Shown: positions 45,535 through 52,678 of the stretch, piece by piece | How the letters are laid out: each line of letters starts with the position of its first letter | How positions within the stretch are numbered: position 1 is the first letter of the stretch | From: a virus | Lineage: Duplodnaviria > Caudoviricetes | Length of the DNA stretch: 59,939 bases | Direction: 5' to 3' (one strand) | IMG/VR virus record: IMGVR_UViG_3300050016_000385 | Span: 1 to 59,939 of that record | Translations under genes and position numbers: made by a program | Notes under the pieces: generated by a model | The model's input: the letters and a program-made list of their open reading frames with translations, nothing else | What the model was told of the DNA's origin: nothing | The model's database searches: none

Positions 45535-47325
45535 TCACTGATAGACGCAAAAACTGTTGCGCTCGGCGGTGAGAGTGCCCGCACCATTCGCGGCGGCTTG
45601 CAGCACTACGCTGCCAGCGGTAGTGGACGTCGTCACACCGGCAGTGACAATGGCTGGAAAGTCGGTCGCGGCGGTAACCGTGCCCGTGTTAGCGACCGAC
45701 TGAGAACCAGTCCCGACGCTGGACTTCCAGGTTCCTGTGGTCGCCGTGACTGCGCTGGTCATGTTGAGACTGACGGTCGCGCCCGCGGGCACTAGCACCT
45801 TGAACTGAGGGCCAGCCGTTGCTGCAGATGCCTGCCACGTGATTTGACACGTCAGCGTGTAGGTGTTCGAGGCGGCAGCGTAAAAGAACACCGGAGGAAT
45901 GTTTGAGAACGATGTGGTCGCGTTCGTGTAAGTGGGACTGACGGCAATCGTGACCGGGATCTGCTGCACCCCCGAGAACGCGTGCAGCCCTTGATGCAAC
46001 ATGAAATCATTGGGCGATCCGTAGATGATATCGGTCGCGACGAAAGGAGGGGGAGCCGAGGTTTCCGTGAAAGACAGTGCTCCAAGTCCCAAGGTTGCAG
46101 GCGCGCTCTGGTCGGCCAGTTTGAGGTTTAACTGAGTTCCGGAACCAAACAAACCGGTATAACCGCTAGTGACGCCGCCGAACAAAAGATTGGGACTCGC
46201 TCCCGTCAACACCACGCCCCCGGCATGGGAGATATTCAGCCGGTCGGAGAAATCCACGCTGAAGCCTTCATCCGCGCTGTGGGCGACGTTCCGCCAGTTG
46301 AGTTGATCGGTTTGCGCCAGCCGCAGGAAGCCGCTGGCGGCTGGGTTCGCGGCGGTAGAGACAATGGAACCAGAATTAATGAAAAGGAAAAAGCCGGTGC
46401 CCCCGAGGAAGTTGGCGTTGCCGTTGAAGGTGGCGTTGCCCTGCACATTCAGTGTCCCGCCGATATTCAGCCCGCTTGCGATCGACTGCACCAAAGTGTT
46501 CGGGGGGTTGGTGAAAATCGGAGTCGGGTAGAAGACGCCACTGGTCGAACAGTTCCCGGTGGGCGCACCGTTTGAGATGTTGATCGTGGCCGCAGCCCCG
46601 CCATACATACACCAAGTCTGCGGGAAGCCGGAGATTTGGCTGCCGTTCTTGTTGACCAAGTTAACGGTGTAATAAGTTCCGGTGGGTACGAGCTGGTCGC
46701 TGAGATAAACCGAGCAGAAGCTAGTATTGAGGGCTTGCGGCGTCGCTCCGGTCACGAGCGGCACGCTTTGCGCGTACTGCGTCCAGCCGGTCACCGTGCC
46801 TTGGATGGTTTCCCCGCCCGAGGTGGTGCTGATGGCCACTCCGTAACCCGTGGCGGAATTCGGCTGCACCCCGGGCGCATTGACGTAGACCGTGCCCATG
46901 CCGCTGAGGTTGATCTTGGCCTCCGGCGAGACCGCGCCCACTCCGCCGGCTCCGATGTAGTAGAGAACGACGTAGTAGGTGCCGGCCGCAAGCGTCCCGG
47001 CGCTGCTGTAGCCGAGGGAAAGGACGGGACTCGCAAGGGCGTCAGGAACCCCCACCACGTTGCCCTGGGCGCTGGTGTAGCAGGCGCTTTGCTCGGTGGC
47101 GATGGTCGCGGTTCCCGCGATGATGGCGGGCTGGCTGAGACTGAAAGTTAACGCGCCGTAGTTGACCGGGCCGCCGGTCGCCGTCTGCACCTGCCCCAAG
47201 ATGACACTCGAAGGGCCGGCTGAGGATCCGGGACCGGGGACGACCTGAGCGCAGATTTGCGGGGTTAGAAGCCCGCAGAGGGCCAAAACCGCCAAGCGGA
47301 AGTTATGCGGGAATTTGCGCAGCAT
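45535..47325 (-). CDS. Sec-signal fibre-like protein with FN3-like module
   Basis: MLRKFPHNFRLAVLALCGLLTPQICA|Q; GTLAAGTYYVVL..SPEA; GGTLNVQGNATF fibre-shaft repeat; 6 Cys in mature part. Confidence 0.75.
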   Translation of the reverse strand: MLRKFPHNFRLAVLALCGLLTPQICAQVVPGPGSSAGPSSVILGQVQTATGGPVNYGALTFSLSQPAIIAGTATIATEQSACYTSAQGNVVGVPDALASPVLSLGYSSAGTLAAGTYYVVLYYIGAGGVGAVSPEAKINLSGMGTVYVNAPGVQPNSATGYGVAISTTSGGETIQGTVTGWTQYAQSVPLVTGATPQALNTSFCSVYLSDQLVPTGTYYTVNLVNKNGSQISGFPQTWCMYGGAAATINISNGAPTGNCSTSGVFYPTPIFTNPPNTLVQSIASGLNIGGTLNVQGNATFNGNANFLGGTGFFLFINSGSIVSTAANPAASGFLRLAQTDQLNWRNVAHSADEGFSVDFSDRLNISHAGGVVLTGASPNLLFGGVTSGYTGLFGSGTQLNLKLADQSAPATLGLGALSFTETSAPPPFVATDIIYGSPNDFMLHQGLHAFSGVQQIPVTIAVSPTYTNATTSFSNIPPVFFYAAASNTYTLTCQITWQASAATAGPQFKVLVPAGATVSLNMTSAVTATTGTWKSSVGTGSQSVANTGTVTAATDFPAIVTAGVTTSTTAGSVVLQAAANGAGTLTAERNSFCVYQ

Positions 47326-47536
47326 TTTGCTCAGTGGATGATGCAACTGGCGTGGAAGCCGCCACGGGCGCGGCTTGCGGCGTTTGTTTCTGAATTTGTC
47401 GCAGCAGTTTCCGCCGTTCGCGGCGCGTAGCGAGAGGAAGCGCGCGGGCCAGCCGCGACACGATGGGTGCGCCGTGGTTGTGGTAGAGCTTGCGGCGCAG
47501 TTCGATATGCTCCGGGTTGAGGCTTTCTGGGTTCAT
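47303..47536 (-). CDS. small basic hypothetical protein
   Basis: GAGGA RBS, ATGA coupling. Confidence 0.55.
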   Translation of the reverse strand: MNPESLNPEHIELRRKLYHNHGAPIVSRLARALPLATRRERRKLLRQIQKQTPQAAPVAASTPVASSTEQNAAQIPA

Positions 47537-47628
47537 CCGTTCCTCGCGGTCAGAATGGAGGCGGCGAGGAGAAGGGCGGCGAACAAGAGAGGCCCCCAGG
47601 CGGGACGGTTGTCGAAGAAGCGGGTCAT
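47533..47628 (-). CDS. 31-aa hydrophobic micro-ORF
   Basis: MTRFFDNRPAWGPLLFAALLLAASILTARNG, coupled both sides. Confidence 0.5.
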   Translation of the reverse strand: MTRFFDNRPAWGPLLFAALLLAASILTARNG

Positions 47629-47951
47629 CAGAATTGCGGCGGTTGTCGCATCTCGCCATCCGCAAGAGCGGGACTCCATGGCGTCGGCAGGCCGCGCAAC
47701 TCGCGTTCTGCGTTGGTGCGCTCTTGGTGGATCGTGCCGTCGCGGTGATCTTGAACGCATTTGTTGTAGGGGTTCCACATGACGGGATCGTTGTCGTCCC
47801 AACGCTTCAGTGCTTCGAGCGCCGTCAGTTCCGGAACTACTTGGTTGGAATAGCGTCCCACCGTCGCATGAGCCATGAGGCGGATGGCGCACCAGTAGAC
47901 CAGCCCCCTCGGCATCCGCCATGCAAGCCAGATTAAGATTCGTTCCCTCAT
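47628..47951 (-). CDS. hypothetical phage protein
   Basis: WLAWRMPRGLVYWCAIRLMAHAT...ALEALKRW. Confidence 0.7.
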   Translation of the reverse strand: MRERILIWLAWRMPRGLVYWCAIRLMAHATVGRYSNQVVPELTALEALKRWDDNDPVMWNPYNKCVQDHRDGTIHQERTNAERELRGLPTPWSPALADGEMRQPPQF

Positions 47952-47964
47952 CGCTTAACCCCTT

Positions 47965-48109
47965 ATGAAACCAACGACTTGCGCTGACTCGGCGTGTGTT
48001 TTCAAGACTTTACGGTGTTTCCAATGCCTCGTAAGTCGTTGATGTTTCCTTACGACCGAATGGAAACGGCCAGAGCGATGCGGGTTTCCAAAGGTATGGG
48101 TTGGGAACC
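47965..48109. promoter_or_regulatory. candidate res-like recombination site with IHF-like boxes
   Basis: CAACGACTTGCG/CGTAAGTCGTTG inverted pair plus several GTTTCC half-sites next to recombinase stop. Confidence 0.5.
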
Positions 48110-48751
48110 TCATCCGAGCAGCTTTCCGAGCCTCACGATGATCACGGCGCAGGCCAGGACCGCCGCCAGGGCTCGGGCGCCGACATGCTGGCGCCACAGC
48201 GTCGTCTTCGAAGGACCTTTCACCGGATCGATCTTGCGGCCCGGGATATGGCCCTCGGTGCGGGCTTTCTTCAGGCCATCCTTGGTGCGCTCGGCGATGA
48301 CGTTGCGCTCGAACTCGGCGAACACCGCCAGGATGCCGAACAAAAGCTTTCCCATGGGAGTGGTGAGATCGAAGTTGTCTTTGACGCTAACGAAATCCAC
48401 CTTGGCCGAGAGCAGGTCGCCGACGGTCTTGTGCAGGTGCTGCACGCTGCGACCGAAACGATCGAGGCGCAGGACGGCGACCGCCTGGATATCGCGCAAG
48501 CCCTTGGTCGCATCCGCCATCAATTCATCGAGCTGGGGACGGGAGGCTTTGGTGCCGGAAACGCCGCGGTCCACGTACTCGCGGATGATGGTGTGCTTCT
48601 GGGCTACGCACCAGGCTCGCAGCTCCAGCAACTGCACTTCTGGATCCTGGCCGCGGAACTGGTGTCCGCCGGCTTCGTGGTGCGAGGAGGGATTCTTGCC
48701 GCAGATCTCACATTTGTCGGTGGAAACGCGGGCATAGAGGGCGACGTTCAT
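48110..48751 (-). CDS. small serine recombinase (resolvase/invertase family)
   Basis: YARVST, YVDRGVSG, RPQLDELM, RLDRFGRS, FAEFERNVIAERTKDGL. Confidence 0.95.
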   Translation of the reverse strand: MNVALYARVSTDKCEICGKNPSSHHEAGGHQFRGQDPEVQLLELRAWCVAQKHTIIREYVDRGVSGTKASRPQLDELMADATKGLRDIQAVAVLRLDRFGRSVQHLHKTVGDLLSAKVDFVSVKDNFDLTTPMGKLLFGILAVFAEFERNVIAERTKDGLKKARTEGHIPGRKIDPVKGPSKTTLWRQHVGARALAAVLACAVIIVRLGKLLG

Positions 48752-48815
48752 GCTGCCGCCTCGTCGGAGATATATTTCCAAGGCAAAAGGTTTTTAGTAG
48801 AGTTGCACGCGCAGC

Positions 48816-48992
48816 CTAGCTCGCCAGGCTATTCACGTCCCCGTCGCTCTCGGTCCACTCCCTGAACTTGCGCTCCAAGGCGGCGAAGATTCTTCGCTCG
48901 CTGGCCGCTCGTTGCGCCTGCTTCAGCCAGAACCCGGCCGCGCCGATCACATACACTTCCTCGGGATTCAGCGCCACTAAGGCTTTAGCCAT
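48816..48992 (-). CDS. small hypothetical protein, not in track
   Basis: MAKALVALNPEEVYVIGAAGFWLKQAQ... 58 aa. Confidence 0.45.
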   Translation of the reverse strand: MAKALVALNPEEVYVIGAAGFWLKQAQRAASERRIFAALERKFREWTESDGDVNSLAS

Positions 48993-49004
48993 CCCATCCG
49001 TCTT

Positions 49005-49292
49005 TCATCGGTACGCCAGGTAGGTAACCAGAGCCTTTGCGCCTTCCCAGGCCAGGCCGGTCAGGATCGAGGTGAGGGCGATGTTGGCGATGCGGTACCG
49101 ACTGACGGCCTTCGTCAAGCTGTCGATTTCTTTATCTTTCAAGCCCATGGCCCGCTCGTGGCGCCGGATCCGGGTCCAACTCTCGTTGACCGCACGCACC
49201 AGTTCGGAGTTGTCGACCGATTCATACTGCCGGGACCGGTCCATCGCGTTGTAGGTGCCGACGGCTTTGGCGTGGTCTATGGCGTTGTGCAT
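49005..49292 (-). CDS. coiled-coil protein with C-terminal membrane anchor
   Basis: IANIALTSILTGLAWEGAKALV tail. Confidence 0.65.
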   Translation of the reverse strand: MHNAIDHAKAVGTYNAMDRSRQYESVDNSELVRAVNESWTRIRRHERAMGLKDKEIDSLTKAVSRYRIANIALTSILTGLAWEGAKALVTYLAYR

Positions 49293-49332
49293 GGAGTCGA
49301 TGCGTGAGATTAAAGGCTTGATGAAGTGCACA

Positions 49333-49722
49333 TCAGGCGATGGCGGGTCGGATGTAATTCCGCCACTGCATCCCGGGCTGGGAAAACAGGACGCGGGAGG
49401 AAACTTGGATGTTGCGCGATCGGCTCCGGGCAAATGCCGTTTTATCGCCCGCCATGGGGATCTGGTAGTGGAGTTTGTCCCCGTAGTTGTGGACTTTGGC
49501 GAAGGGAAGCACGTTGCCCGTCCCGAGGGGCCCGTCGAAGAACCGCTGCATCTTCTGTGTAATCGCTTTGAAAAACAGGAAGATTTTCCCGTGCTGGTCG
49601 AACCTGCCGAGTTTCAATGTTTTGAGCCGGTGGAGTTCGGCGCGCGGGCGGAATTCAGTCGGACGCTCCCAGCGAAAATCCTGCCCTGTGTAGAAGCAGG
49701 GAACTAGATCAGTTGCAGCCAT
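49333..49722 (-). CDS. hypothetical protein
   Basis: 129 aa from MAATDLVPCFY. Confidence 0.65.
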   Translation of the reverse strand: MAATDLVPCFYTGQDFRWERPTEFRPRAELHRLKTLKLGRFDQHGKIFLFFKAITQKMQRFFDGPLGTGNVLPFAKVHNYGDKLHYQIPMAGDKTAFARSRSRNIQVSSRVLFSQPGMQWRNYIRPAIA

Positions 49723-49846
49723 GATGGGAAGGATTTGGGGCGCACTTGTCCCCGCTAAGGAAGGATCTTTGAAAAGCGCCGGGCATCGACCGGGTATGCA
49801 GTTGCCGCGCTCTTGGGGAAAGAGCATGGGGTTCGTATCCGGAACC

Positions 49847-49875
49847 ACTGTAGGGCAAACGGGCAGGGAAGCGAA
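49847..49875 (-). promoter_or_regulatory. candidate sigma70-type promoter for long leftward operon
   Basis: TTCGCT-17 nt-TACAGT. Confidence 0.4.
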
Positions 49876-49895
49876 GTTACCGATGGGCCGTATCG

Positions 49896-50180
49896 TTAGA
49901 ATTCTGAGGCTGAGCGCTCGGAGGCGGAGGCAGGTTCCGAGGGGGAAGGCGGAGACGGAGACGGAGACAGAAACGACGGGCGCGTTGCGGAGGCGACGAT
50001 GTTGTAGCGGCGGCACAATCCGGCCTCGGCATATTCGAGCAGACCGCTCATGGTCGGTTCGCAGCCGTCTTTCCAGAAGAGTTCGAGTACGAAGTCCCCG
50101 AGGCGACGCACGGGCGCGGCGGCGGCGACCGACCCGGCGGAATCGAGAAGACGTTGCTTCCAGTCGTTAAAAGCGGCCAC
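49896..50180 (-). CDS. hypothetical protein
   Basis: GGAGG RBS, GTG start. Confidence 0.6.
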   Translation of the reverse strand: MAAFNDWKQRLLDSAGSVAAAAPVRRLGDFVLELFWKDGCEPTMSGLLEYAEAGLCRRYNIVASATRPSFLSPSPSPPSPSEPASASERSASEF

Positions 50181-50309
50181 GCTACACCTCCCCCGAGGTT
50201 AAAGAAAGAATGCGCCTTCTGGTGCACTGGAATCTGTGCACTTTTGAACATTTTTGAAACAGGGAAGAGGGTGGGTCTTGAATGGCCGCTTGGGTGGCCG
50301 CGATGAGTC

Positions 50310-50340
50310 GGAAGGCCCGCCCCGGTTGAGCGGGCCTTCC
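50310..50340. terminator. perfect 11-bp hairpin
   Basis: GGAAGGCCCGC-N9-GCGGGCCTTCC; no U tract. Confidence 0.45.
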
Positions 50341-50373
50341 GCTACTAGCACGCGCGTGTCTGACGCCCGCTTT

Positions 50374-50586
50374 CTAGGCGGCGACGTTCGCCCAGCTTGG
50401 GCTGATCCCACACTCCTTCAAGAATTCTTCATGGAAGCCGGGTGACCCATTGGGAATGGCCGTCCCCAAGGCCTCGGCGATCTCGTAGAGGTACTTCTTT
50501 TCCGTCGCCGTGGTCGCGCGTTTGGCATAGCGGGAGAGGGTGGTGGTGACGGTTGAGAGTGGGACTTTCAGGTTAACGTCGAACAT
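50374..50586 (-). CDS. hypothetical protein
   Basis: AGGAGG RBS, 70 aa. Confidence 0.7.
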   Translation of the reverse strand: MFDVNLKVPLSTVTTTLSRYAKRATTATEKKYLYEIAEALGTAIPNGSPGFHEEFLKECGISPSWANVAA

Positions 50587-50675
50587 GAGTGTGGCCTCCT
50601 AGTGGTTCTCCCTCACAGATACATCTAGGGGAGGGAGGGAGCAAGGGCGGGGGAATCAGGGAAGTAAACAGGAGG

Positions 50676-51131
50676 CTAGTTCTGCGGTTTGTGGCACCAG
50701 TGCTTCCCGTCCTCGGCGGTGAGTAGGATGCGGGATTTGTCGGTGCAAGTCCATCGTTGTTTTAACGGGTAGCACATCAGTTCTGCGTAACACAAGCTCT
50801 GGTCAGGGGAGTACAGGCACGCGTCCCGGTTGTAGTTCCAATCGGCCTCATATCCCGCAGGACACTGCGCGTGGTCGGCGGCGATAATCTTAAGGTCGGA
50901 AGGCTCCCCCTTGATTGCCGGTACGTCTATCGGCTCGGACGGTGCGAGCAACTTCTTTAGGTCAACGAGAAAGTCGCCCGCGTTATCTTCAAGGTGCCAG
51001 CGGCCTTCGGGGTCTTGCCAGAGACATACATTATCTTGTGGACAGCGCGGGACAAAGCCTATCGCATCCTGTCCCCAACCCATCCCCACCATCCCCAAGA
51101 TTGCCAGCAATAGGCAGAGCAGCCGTTTCAT
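50676..51131 (-). CDS. secreted Cys-rich protein
   Basis: MKRLLCLLLAILGMVGMGWG|Q; 8 Cys in mature part; CTDKSRILLTAEDGKHWC. Confidence 0.75.
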   Translation of the reverse strand: MKRLLCLLLAILGMVGMGWGQDAIGFVPRCPQDNVCLWQDPEGRWHLEDNAGDFLVDLKKLLAPSEPIDVPAIKGEPSDLKIIAADHAQCPAGYEADWNYNRDACLYSPDQSLCYAELMCYPLKQRWTCTDKSRILLTAEDGKHWCHKPQN

Positions 51132-51144
51132 GTCTTCACCTTCT

Positions 51145-51621
51145 TCACCTTGGACCAGCGGCGGGCTTGGGGAGGCTTGCGATAAAAGCGGCTCCGGCCA
51201 GAGCGCTGGCGGCGATAATACGGAACGAAAACAACGTCAGGTCTGGAATGGCAAATCGCGACATGGAATCCCATTCGCGGTGCTGGTCTCCCACAGGATC
51301 ACCTTCCTCCACCTCCCAAGATTCGTATGAAGCCACAGGTTGATCGGCTTTCTCTGGCGTTGTAGTAGGAACGGCAAGTGGGGCAGGCGGTTTAGGGTAC
51401 CGAGGCCCAGCCCAAACCCAACCATAACCCATGCGCTGACCACCAAGATCGTTTGTCCCCTTCCAAGGAATCCAGGCACAGCAGTACGCGAGCATAAAGA
51501 AATAGAGAATGAGGGTAACGCGTTGCGCTTTTCTCATAAGTAGGTACTCACGCCGCATCATCGCCATCGCCGCCCCGAAGCCGAATTCGGCACCCGCCGA
51601 AGCCGGCGAATCGCTAGCCAC
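51145..51621 (-). CDS. two-TM membrane protein (possible superinfection exclusion)
   Basis: Hydrophobic VTLILYFFMLAYCCAWIPW and IIAASALAGAAFIASL; GTG directly after upstream stop. Confidence 0.6.
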   Translation of the reverse strand: MASDSPASAGAEFGFGAAMAMMRREYLLMRKAQRVTLILYFFMLAYCCAWIPWKGTNDLGGQRMGYGWVWAGPRYPKPPAPLAVPTTTPEKADQPVASYESWEVEEGDPVGDQHREWDSMSRFAIPDLTLFSFRIIAASALAGAAFIASLPKPAAGPR

Positions 51622-51768
51622 TTATTTCACCTTCTTCTGTTTGGCCCGTTTCGTGCGGGCGGCAGCAGCGGCCTTTGCAGCTTTCTTTGCGATTTCTTGT
51701 CGCCGCTTCGCCGTAAGACCCTCTGCACGGGCCAATCCACCGAGCCGAGCCATTTCGCTGACTTCCAT
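51622..51768 (-). CDS. 48-aa basic protein (GGxARA...RRxEIAKKAA motif), candidate regulator; not in track
   Basis: MEVSEMARLGGLARAEGLTAKRRQEIAKKAAKAAAAARTKRAKQKKVK; leaderless promoter. Confidence 0.75.
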   Translation of the reverse strand: MEVSEMARLGGLARAEGLTAKRRQEIAKKAAKAAAAARTKRAKQKKVK

Positions 51769-51774
51769 GTAGGC

Positions 51775-51803
51775 AAGGTACCACCTTGCAGGCAAGAACA
51801 CAA
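51775..51803 (-). promoter_or_regulatory. leftward promoter with operator in spacer
   Basis: TTGTGT-17-TACCTT with extended TG; CTTGCAGGCAAG at 51785-51796. Confidence 0.7.
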
Positions 51804-51822
51804 GAACTTTCTATTTTAGTGC

Positions 51823-51851
51823 TTGACAGCTTGCAAGCAAGGTGAGAGAAT
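51823..51851 (+). promoter_or_regulatory. rightward promoter with operator in spacer
   Basis: TTGACA-17-GAGAAT with extended TG; CTTGCAAGCAAG at 51830-51841. Confidence 0.8.
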
Positions 51852-51928
51852 ACATGGTGTAAACGGGCAGACCGAGTGTTAGTAGCACCCGATCCGCCCT
51901 AACCGAAACGACCTAAATGGGAGGCCGC

Positions 51929-52138
51929 ATGGCTCACAGCACTCTACCAGTTCTCCCCCACCCGCAATTTCCACAGGTGGTTCCCGAACAAACTCTTTCT
52001 CTCTGCTGCTACGAGTCCCCGGAATCCGTCTGGGGCGCGTGCGACGGCCAGCCCTGCCTAGAAATCGCCCGCGTGCATGACGTAGCCCGCGAAATGGACT
52101 ACTGCGCCCGGCACTGGCGGGAGGTGAGCCGTGGCTGA
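51929..52138 (+). CDS. small Cys/His protein
   Basis: GGGAGG RBS; C...C...YCARH. Confidence 0.7.
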   Translation: MAHSTLPVLPHPQFPQVVPEQTLSLCCYESPESVWGACDGQPCLEIARVHDVAREMDYCARHWREVSRG

Positions 52139-52418
52139 ACTCATTCATGCAAACGGAGACCAGTCCACAGTGCAACCGCGAATTCCTCAGCGAGGATTCA
52201 GTCTCAGCGAACTTTACGCCATCATCGGCTGCAAAACGGTACAGGCGATCGCTCTCGCCGATGGACGCACGATGTGGATGGACGAGGAAGGCAAGCTGCA
52301 AGGCGGACTTCTCATCGTCAACGAGAAAGCGACGAAGCTGCTAGTCGAAGCGGGAGGCATTCCGGGCGACGAAGTTGTGGGCAACGTCCTGATCACGGAG
52401 CCGGGGGAAGTGAAATGA
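52131..52418 (+). CDS. DUF3846-like protein
   Basis: LSELYAIIG, MWMDEEGKL, NEKAT, VVGNVLI. Confidence 0.75.
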   Translation: MAELIHANGDQSTVQPRIPQRGFSLSELYAIIGCKTVQAIALADGRTMWMDEEGKLQGGLLIVNEKATKLLVEAGGIPGDEVVGNVLITEPGEVK

Positions 52419-52678
52419 GAAACACTCCCTCCGAATTCTCTCTCCTCTGCCGCGACCGTGACCATGCCGCCTATGGAGTGGTCGGCGCGGCAACTGTCGC
52501 TCTGGCCTTCCTCAACCTGAAAGAAGTCCCGTCCGCCGTCCGAACTTTACTCGAAGCCCTCACGATGTACCGCGAGGCCGACGAACGCATCACCGCATTC
52601 CACAAATCCCAAACTCAGAAAAAGGAGAATCAACATGTCAGCGCAAGCACAACCGATCACCAATCCAACGCAGCCTAG
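52415..52678 (+). CDS. hypothetical protein
   Basis: ATGA coupling. Confidence 0.6.
   Translation: MRNTPSEFSLLCRDRDHAAYGVVGAATVALAFLNLKEVPSAVRTLLEALTMYREADERITAFHKSQTQKKENQHVSASTTDHQSNAA

Noticed and set aside
47955-48197. His/Arg-rich ORF after the recombinase
   Set aside because: Overlies the repeat-rich site and has odd composition; probably non-coding
48110-48751. Serine integrase
   Set aside because: Only 213 aa; lacks the recombinase and zinc-ribbon domains of large serine integrases
49950-49975. GGAGAC x3 microsatellite
   Set aside because: In-frame Ser-Pro linker of the 94-aa ORF
2500-50640. KOPS (GGGNAGGG) polarity as a target for the FtsK-gamma domain
   Set aside because: Instances seen on both strands; no convincing skew without a proper count
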